DNA of 64,000 bases from contig CM074813.1 in the NCBI GenBank assembly GCA_037447605.1, positions 1 to 64,000 of the forward strand. The letters run 5' to 3'. How positions within the stretch are numbered: the first letter of the stretch is position 1; every line of letters starts with the position of its first letter. Origin of the DNA: Zygnema circumcarinatum SAG 698-1b (taxonomy: Eukaryota > Plantae > Zygnematophyceae). The notes under the pieces were generated by a model that saw only the letters and a list, made by a program, of their open reading frames with translations, did not search any database and was not told the origin of the DNA. Position numbers and translations under genes: made by a program. Positions 57,601 through 64,000 of the stretch are shown piece by piece.

Positions 57601-59827
57601 TTCTGACCACCCTGAGAGAATGACTAGCCGCACTTGTGACTTGCAGGTTGCATGTCCTTTCCCTACTGATCAGGAAGCATGTCTGCAACTGTCGGCTGGC
57701 AACGGACTGTTTTCAACTAGTTGCACGTCGGTGCCCATTGCATTTTCACATTGGCGCACAAAGGCGGCCTTACATGCCCAGAGTCATGACTGTGAGCACT
57801 CCCGAAGTGTCGGTCACCCCATTTGCCTGCGCAGCCGTCGCAGCCCCTCATGTGCACCACATCAGCGACAGTCCAAGGACTAAATTCGGTAATACCGAAG
57901 AACATAGGTCGGCTTATCTTCAGCAATGCATACATTACACACAAAAATCGCATCAAACTGTCCATGGAACGCCTTAACGATCCGTGGAAGAAATCAACCA
58001 GTTCGTTTTCTCTGGCAAAGGTTGCGATTTTGCACTTTGATTATTCATTTTTTTTTTTTTTAGTTGTTTTTTTGTTTGGTTTTTGTTCAGTCCAGTGTTT
58101 TTTGTTCAGTTCAGTTCAGTTCTTCAGTTTTTATACGTATGTATGAAAAAAAATATGTACTTATATGCATAAGCTGCATGCAAATATAACATACCACAAA
58201 GAAGCCCATGTAGCTGACGGTGAAAGTGAGGGTGGTTTCGATCACATAGTCATTGAACACTCGTCGCAGCCAGACCACGCCTGCCAGACCAAACGCAAGC
58301 CCCAACGCAATGCTGCATAGAAAGAGAACCGCGCAGGATCAGGAAATGAACAGAACAAGAAAGGAGCGATCAAATCAAATAATCGATTTCAGGACGTGGA
58401 GAAACGTACGCTCCGAGAGACACTCGGAAAAGGAACGCAATAATGTCGCCTGCCGACATAGTTTGCCCTCGAGTGATCTTCAGAAACAGCTGGAAAACGA
58501 CGATAGCACTCCTGCTCCCTTTGCCTCCCCTCCCTTTTCAGTCGGCTTCATGCACCTCCTCTCTCGTCACAGCAAGTACGACCTCCCCTGGGCCTTTGGC
58601 CAGGCTGTCTGTCAAAAGCAAAGAACGCACAAGATGCGTCGAAGCACACGCATGCATGCGCAGACGAAAAGGGCCCGACAGACAGACGGACGGTCGCACC
58701 CGTCGTTCATGAGAGCTTCCCCGTCGATGATAGTGCTCAGCTTCTTGGAGGCTCCCAGGTCCCGCAGCAGCGCTACGACTGCCACGGGATCGGTGGCGCT
58801 CAGGAGGCCGCCCAGCAGCAAAGACGTCGCCCAGTTCCAATTGTATGGAAGCACAAACTGCGGCAATCAACCACCTTTTCGTCACCTTGCCTCGGTGGGA
58901 ACCTTACAACAAGGCAAACAAAGTCACTCGCCCACATCGCATCCACTAACAGCGAAATTCCTCCCTCCCCAAAACCTTACCTTGTCGACGAGGCCCAGCA
59001 AAATGGTGGAGATGCAGACGCCCGGACCCGCCAGAAGGAACATTTGGAAAAGACAACGCTACAGCCAAGGAAACAATCCCGAAAGCCCCGAAAATTAATG
59101 AGCCAGCATTGCTAGAAATTCCAGCTAAATCGCTACGGTTAATTACTTACTTCTTCAACATTGTTTGAAGACGAATGTTATGAAAATGGGACCTACATTT
59201 TACTGCGAAACGAGCTTTTGTGCAAAATCTGCTCAGGCGATCCCGTTGCACAGACCTTAATTTGATGGAATTCGAGCGAGAAGGAGCTCTCAAAGAGGAG
59301 AGCAGGCAGGAAGACATAGAATATAAGGTTAGGATCAATGTTGTTCCCTGCATCCCACCGTAACACGCGCGGTCATGCGAATACTATGCTGCTTCTAGGC
59401 AATTCACGACTGCAAATTCTTTTTGAAAAAATAAGAAACAATCGGAAAGAGTAAACATATAATTTCGCATGCGCGTCCGTGCATGCTTCACGCACACATG
59501 CTGATGCTTTTCCCCAGCTTGCCGAGGTGGTTCGACGCCTTATAATCTGTGCGCAAAAACGGGGGCCATCTTCAGCATGGAGCATGGAATCGATTCTTAC
59601 AAGTGCAGATTACATGCGAGGAGAGAGAATAAGCACAGCCACAGCAGCCAAGGTCGGTTTGAGCTCGCACCAATGGCGCCGAGCGCGATGCCGACGAGCA
59701 GCAGCGCGACGGTGTAGGGCACGCGCGTGTTCCGCAGCAGCTGGCGGCACGCGGCGCCGAGGCCCAGGCTCACGCCGATAAACAGCAGCGCCACCTCCGG
59801 CCCGGTCCCCGCCTCCGCCTCCGCCAT
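51684..59827 (-). CDS. SOS1: SOS1/NHX7 plasma-membrane Na+/H+ antiporter, 24 exons, about 1097 aa
   Basis: Exons: 59827-59671, 59546-59496, 59347-59256, 59058-58981, 58857-58700, 58511-58410, 58312-58195, 57826-57774, 57504-57439, 57266-57222, 57094-57045, 56486-56302, 56105-56061, 55931-55824, 55559-55316, 55143-54832, 54502-54405, 54269-54138, 53890-53672, 53401-53195, 53029-52795, 52638-52491, 52221-51999, 51851-51684 (last four less certain). Motifs FLPALLFESSF, SATDPVAVV, GEALMNDG, WSGLRGAVAL, GPADWPTV, GLYEVLT and DSPS. Confidence 0.93.
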
Positions 59828-60014
59828 CCTCCCTCCTCCTCTTCCTCCTCCTTCCCCTCTCCTCCCCTTCCTCCTCCTCCCCTTCCTCCTCCTCCCCCTC
59901 CTCCTCCCCTTCCTCCTCCCGCTCTCCCTCCCGCGCGCCCGCCATGGCCTGCACGCAGCTCCTCGCGGTACAGTGTACGGTGTTCGTACGGTATGTTTGT
60001 CGGTTGCTAAAAAC

Positions 60015-60020
60015 CACGTG
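60015..60020. promoter_or_regulatory. G-box/ABRE-like CACGTG upstream of SOS1
   Basis: CCACGTGG about 190 bp upstream of the ATG. A short motif with unproven function. Confidence 0.3.
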
Positions 60021-60028
60021 GGCGCAGT

Positions 60029-60042
60029 GCCGTACCGTACGG
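60029..60042 (-). promoter_or_regulatory. CCGTACGGTACGGC motif upstream of SOS1
   Basis: The plus strand GCCGTACCGTACGG is the reverse complement of the motif; about 200 bp upstream of the ATG. Confidence 0.5.
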
Positions 60043-60125
60043 CTCACGCGCGCCGCCGACGGGAGGCCCTCGCTCGCTAGCTCGGCGCTGCAACACGGCG
60101 CCTCTCTCTCTCGCTCTCTCCATTA

Positions 60126-60323
60126 GGGGGAGTCAGACCACCATCGCCAAAATCAATTTCGTAAGCCTGTCAGGCGAATTCAGCATTGGCTAGGTACGCA
60201 TTTCGGTACGGTTGTGCACGGCGGAGCCGGGGATCCCGATCCGGAATTCGTACACGAAAGGAGTGACTTTTAGTATAAGGAATTCGGGAATTTCGTAAGC
60301 GATGGTCAAGGTCTGACTCCCCC
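60126..60323. mobile_element. MITE family 1, copy b, in the SOS1 upstream region
   Basis: TA|GGGGGAGTCAGACC ... GGTCTGACTCCCCC|TA. Near reverse complement of 107-295. Confidence 0.85.
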
Positions 60324-61021
60324 TATTGCTTTCTCGCCTGCCCCCCTTCTCTTATCCTTGTTAAGTTGGCTGAGGTGCTCAAAGTACCTGGGGCAGGGGT
60401 CGTGGCGTCATCCGCCTGGACGGGCCAGACTTCCCTGAAGCTGAAGCTGTGCGGGAACCACCATCGCCGCAACACGGAGCAGCAGTTGCTTGCATCTGCG
60501 CGCGAGGCGATGGTGTCATGTGCTGTTCGCTCGGATGTTCACTCCTTCGGGAAGGAAAGCAGGGAGAGTGCCCTCACAACACCGGACCTCATCGCCCGGC
60601 TTTCGTCCCCTTCGCTTGTACAAACATATCTCTAAGCAATTGATTTTTTCTTTAAAATCATCCCTTTACAAACTACAGTTCATAGAAAGTAAACTTTATT
60701 CTTTTCACACTCTAGGACATGCACTCATATTACCAGTTTCTTTCAGTGCAAATGAATGACGGAAACAACCACCTTCAGCCAATCGGCGTCGAGTGCACAT
60801 CTTATCTTTTATTATTATTGAAAATAAAATAAAATATATATTTGATGTGATGTGATGCGACGGCGGGCCTCCCTCCCTCCCCGACTTGTGCGCGCGCCCG
60901 CCACGTGGCGCGCACCGGTTCGTACGGCGTCTCGGCGAAAAAAAAAAAAACCGCCACCGGCCCACGCGGCCCACGCGGCCCTTCCGTGACGCCGTACGGC
61001 GCGCGCTCTCTCTCTCTCTCT

Positions 61022-63974
61022 CTACCCGGGGGGCGCCTCCACGTCCTCCTCGCGGTGAGGTGGGGCCTCGGAGCTGCTCTTCGCGGGGCCGTCTCGGCTG
61101 TGCAGGTGCTTCTTCGCCGCCCCCTCGCCCAGCTTGTTGATGGACAGGAGCTTGGGGCCGTTGCGCTCGAGCGCCAAAAAGGCGAGGAAGTGCAGCGCCA
61201 CAATGACCACGCACTGGTACCCGATCGCCTCGCCTACCTGCATGCACCACCGTGTCCTCCGTGTCCTTTTTAGCTTCTTAGCCATATGCTTCTATCACTC
61301 CCGTGAATGATCGAAACGCCTGATCTTAAAACCGAGTGCATTATACAGCAACATATGGTGCTTCGTGCATCTCATAACGGTTCAGCCCACCAGCCAAATG
61401 CGCATGAATGTCAGAACCAGCACAAGAGCTTGCAATGACCGGGATAGCTGCAGAGCAGCAATCGATTGACTCACAGTCCAATTTCTGATAGACAATCGAT
61501 CCAAAACTTCCGCTCCCGTTCTGATACATGAGCTGCTGGTGCCACTGTCGCACTCGTATGTTGTTCCTGGAGAGGTGTCATTGGCGTTTGAGTTCAGAGA
61601 CAAGACGAAATCGAGGGATACTTTTCTCCCGAATAAACCTTTCATCACCCTCTCCTGCATTTCTGCCTTCTACATATCTCTCTCCCTCGCCGTCTCCTCT
61701 CCTTTCCCTCCTCAAGGAGCCCAGCAGAGTGCAGCGCCTGCCAGAGCAGAAGCTGCCCACCTTCAAACTCGTTGACGGCGAGGCCGATGAAGCCCCACTT
61801 GATCGGCGAGCAGTTGGAGAACCAGCGGATCCACACGGGGATGTTCTCGAGGTTCACGTAGAAGCCCCCGAAGAGCATGAAGATGACCGTCATGAGCGGC
61901 CCCAGAGCCAGCGCAGTTTGGGGTGTGGGCGCGACCGAGCTCACCTGCTCGCCAGGCCAAAGGTCACTCTCTGTCCGGAGCATACATGCACAGCTCTACC
62001 TCTCCTTCCTCGTCCCCTTCTCTCATCCCTCTCCCTCTCTCTAACCATGACTATGCCAGGTGCTTGATTTCTATTCGAAACATCATGGCTGCTAGACCTA
62101 GCCGTAGTTTGAAAAACCAGAAACGCAGGGAACAAGATGCGGGGGGGATAGTCACCAGCAGGCCCGTCGCATTCATGGCGGTGAATTCCAGTACCAAGAC
62201 TACCAGGAAGAGGAAGAACTTTCCGGCATCGCGCTGAAACTCAACGGGCCAGTACGCTATCAGCACGAACACCATGGTGGGCCCCACCCGCAACGGCCAT
62301 TCGCTGAGAACTTTCCCGGGATAGTACGCTGCCACTCGGTAGCTGTTGGCTGCACGCTCGCGGTTCACGATCGCCCGCTCGACGGGAAACGTTGTAATCA
62401 TCTGCCAGCAAAGTGCAGGCGCGTGAGTCGGTGTGGTGTTTTCTACGCCTTTCAGAAAACAAAAAAAGCAGAAAGGAGATGGAAAACGAGCGTTTCCGTA
62501 ACGCCCTTCTGCAAAAGTGTGGCAGGAAGAGAAAACTAGGATTGGTCTTTCACCATCTAGAAGAATGAGGTGTAGACCAACCTGGAAAACTCCGTTGAAG
62601 GCAATGAAAATAGCCATGAAGAAGATCACACCCTGACGATCTTGGATTGACTTCTGGCTATTGTCGATGCCCGAGTAGAGAATCGAGATCATTACCATCA
62701 TGACTAAAGACTGTGAACATAGCACAAGCGCAGATAGGGCGAGTTAGCAAGCACGGTGTGCATGTAACCTCAACATAACTGCTTCGGCAATGGCTGCTCC
62801 ATAAACAGAACTCGGATGGCGTTGCTTCAATCAGTGCAGTGCAAGTGAAAGGCCGGAAGGGAGGGCGGCACCTGCACGTAGGCGATGACGAGCGGGAGGC
62901 GGTCCCGCACGACCTGAATCCACGAGCGGCGCGTGAGCACGCGCAGCTGCGTGGCCCATCCGGACGCGAACGCGCCATGGCGGAGGACGAACGCGTCCGC
63001 GGTGGCCTGCCCCAAAATGGAGTCCATGTGCAGCTGCGGCTGCACCTCGCGCGCGGGCGAGTAGCTCGCGGCGAACCCCTCCACGCGCCCGCTGCTCTCC
63101 CGCTCGCGCTTCTCATCTCGCCGGTCGATGGAAATCATGTCCATGAAATAATCCGCTGGCGACCCAAAGCACGACATTGAAAATCAACTCGCGACATCAA
63201 AGGCATAAGATGAAAGTGCGGCACAGATCAATTCCACATTCAATGTATGATTCTAATGCGAGCTGTGCGTCTTGCTAATCCATACGTCGACCTGCACTCC
63301 AAACCAGAATTTTGCACATGGCCAGATGCTTTCATCCAACTAAAGGTCCACTCGTCTTTCAAGGTGGTCTGCTAAAACCGCCACTTGACTCCAACAGGAC
63401 TGTCGTGGACTGCAACACCCATTTTGCCCTGAACTGATATGCAATGGTCTGAAGTTGCTCGTGGTCGGACCGCTTAGTTCAACAGTGGAAATAGTCTTGT
63501 TCTATGTAACAAACGGTGGCGAATCCTCCACAAACCGAGGCCGGCAAGTACATTCACGTCATTTTCAGCTTTTCATCATTAATCGTCAGCCTCAAAATAA
63601 AATGTGTATGAGAACGCACCCGGATTGTAGTGTTCGGGACACGAGAAACCGCGTGCAGAAAAGTAGGTGATTGCACTACTCGCCTTGCCGAAGTACAGCA
63701 GCTTGCCCTCGCTTAAGAGGAGGAGATTCTCAAACTGCCAAACACAAAATCTAGAAGCAACTGTCACTACAACAGTCTCCACAAGGGTTAACGGTGATGA
63801 AAGGCTTCACCCAGCCCGTTGAAGACAGAGTTGGATTAACTGGGATGGTGTAGAGAGGTTTCAGGCCTCACAAGCGCAAAAATGGACGAGCGGGGCTGGT
63901 GGATGGTGGATATGATGGTGCGGTTGCTGCGGGAGAGGTCGGACAAGGTGCTAACCACGTTCAGGGCCTGAAAG
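61022..63974 (-). CDS. ABCG: ABCG half-transporter (white/WBC type), 3' part; 5' exons lie beyond the window
   Basis: Exons 63974-63872, 63734-63620, 63155-62872, 62710-62582, 62401-62156, 61944-61761, 61566-61475, 61237-61022. TIISTIHQPRSSIF (H-loop), LLLSEGKLLYFG, CPEHYNPADYFMD, FPVERAIVNRERA, LFGGFYVN..NIP.W..W, WGFIGLAVNEF. Confidence 0.92.
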
Positions 63975-64000
63975 CTGCGAGCAAACCCACAAAAGAGAGA

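Noticed and set aside
60366-60635. Transit-peptide-like small ORF between SOS1 and ABCG
   Set aside because: TTG start, no downstream exon or recognisable domain.
32376-63974. Functional transporter cluster (ABCB, SOS1, ABCG)
   Set aside because: Unrelated families interspersed with housekeeping genes; no evidence beyond proximity.

Overview
Eukaryotic, plant-type (streptophyte) nuclear DNA. The GC-rich, intron-dense style suggests a green alga such as a Zygnematophyceae species; this is inference only. The window has two compartments. (1) About 0.1-23.0 kb is a nested transposon island: two Ty1/Copia remnants, two copies of a chromovirus-type Ty3/Gypsy (family A), two copies of a second Ty3/Gypsy (family B) and several TA-flanked MITEs. 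(2) About 23.9-64 kb holds seven spliced genes whose exons I traced by hand with consistent phases: Xaa-Pro dipeptidase (-), a LEA_2/NHL-like membrane protein (-), a full-size ABCB transporter (-), dCTP pyrophosphatase (+), a YqeH/BPG2-type GTPase (+), the SOS1 Na+/H+ antiporter (-) and a 5'-truncated ABCG half-transporter (-). A small TE nest lies at 40-42.9 kb. The most striking observation is that the whole 587-21704 block is bounded by a perfect 26-bp inverted repeat (CAG plus the family-B LTR end) and an 8-bp direct duplication CCCATAGG, and it sits inside a MITE whose empty site is visible at 22745. That is a hAT-like DNA-transposon signature built from retroelement ends. Other notable items: a tRNA-like sequence inside a 130-bp LTR, a candidate -1 frameshift signal, and an identical 14-mer (CCGTACGGTACGGC) upstream of three genes. 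Caveat: the TE region contains many 10-N gaps and error-dense stretches, so frameshifts there may be assembly artefacts. All similarity statements come from visual comparison, not database searches.
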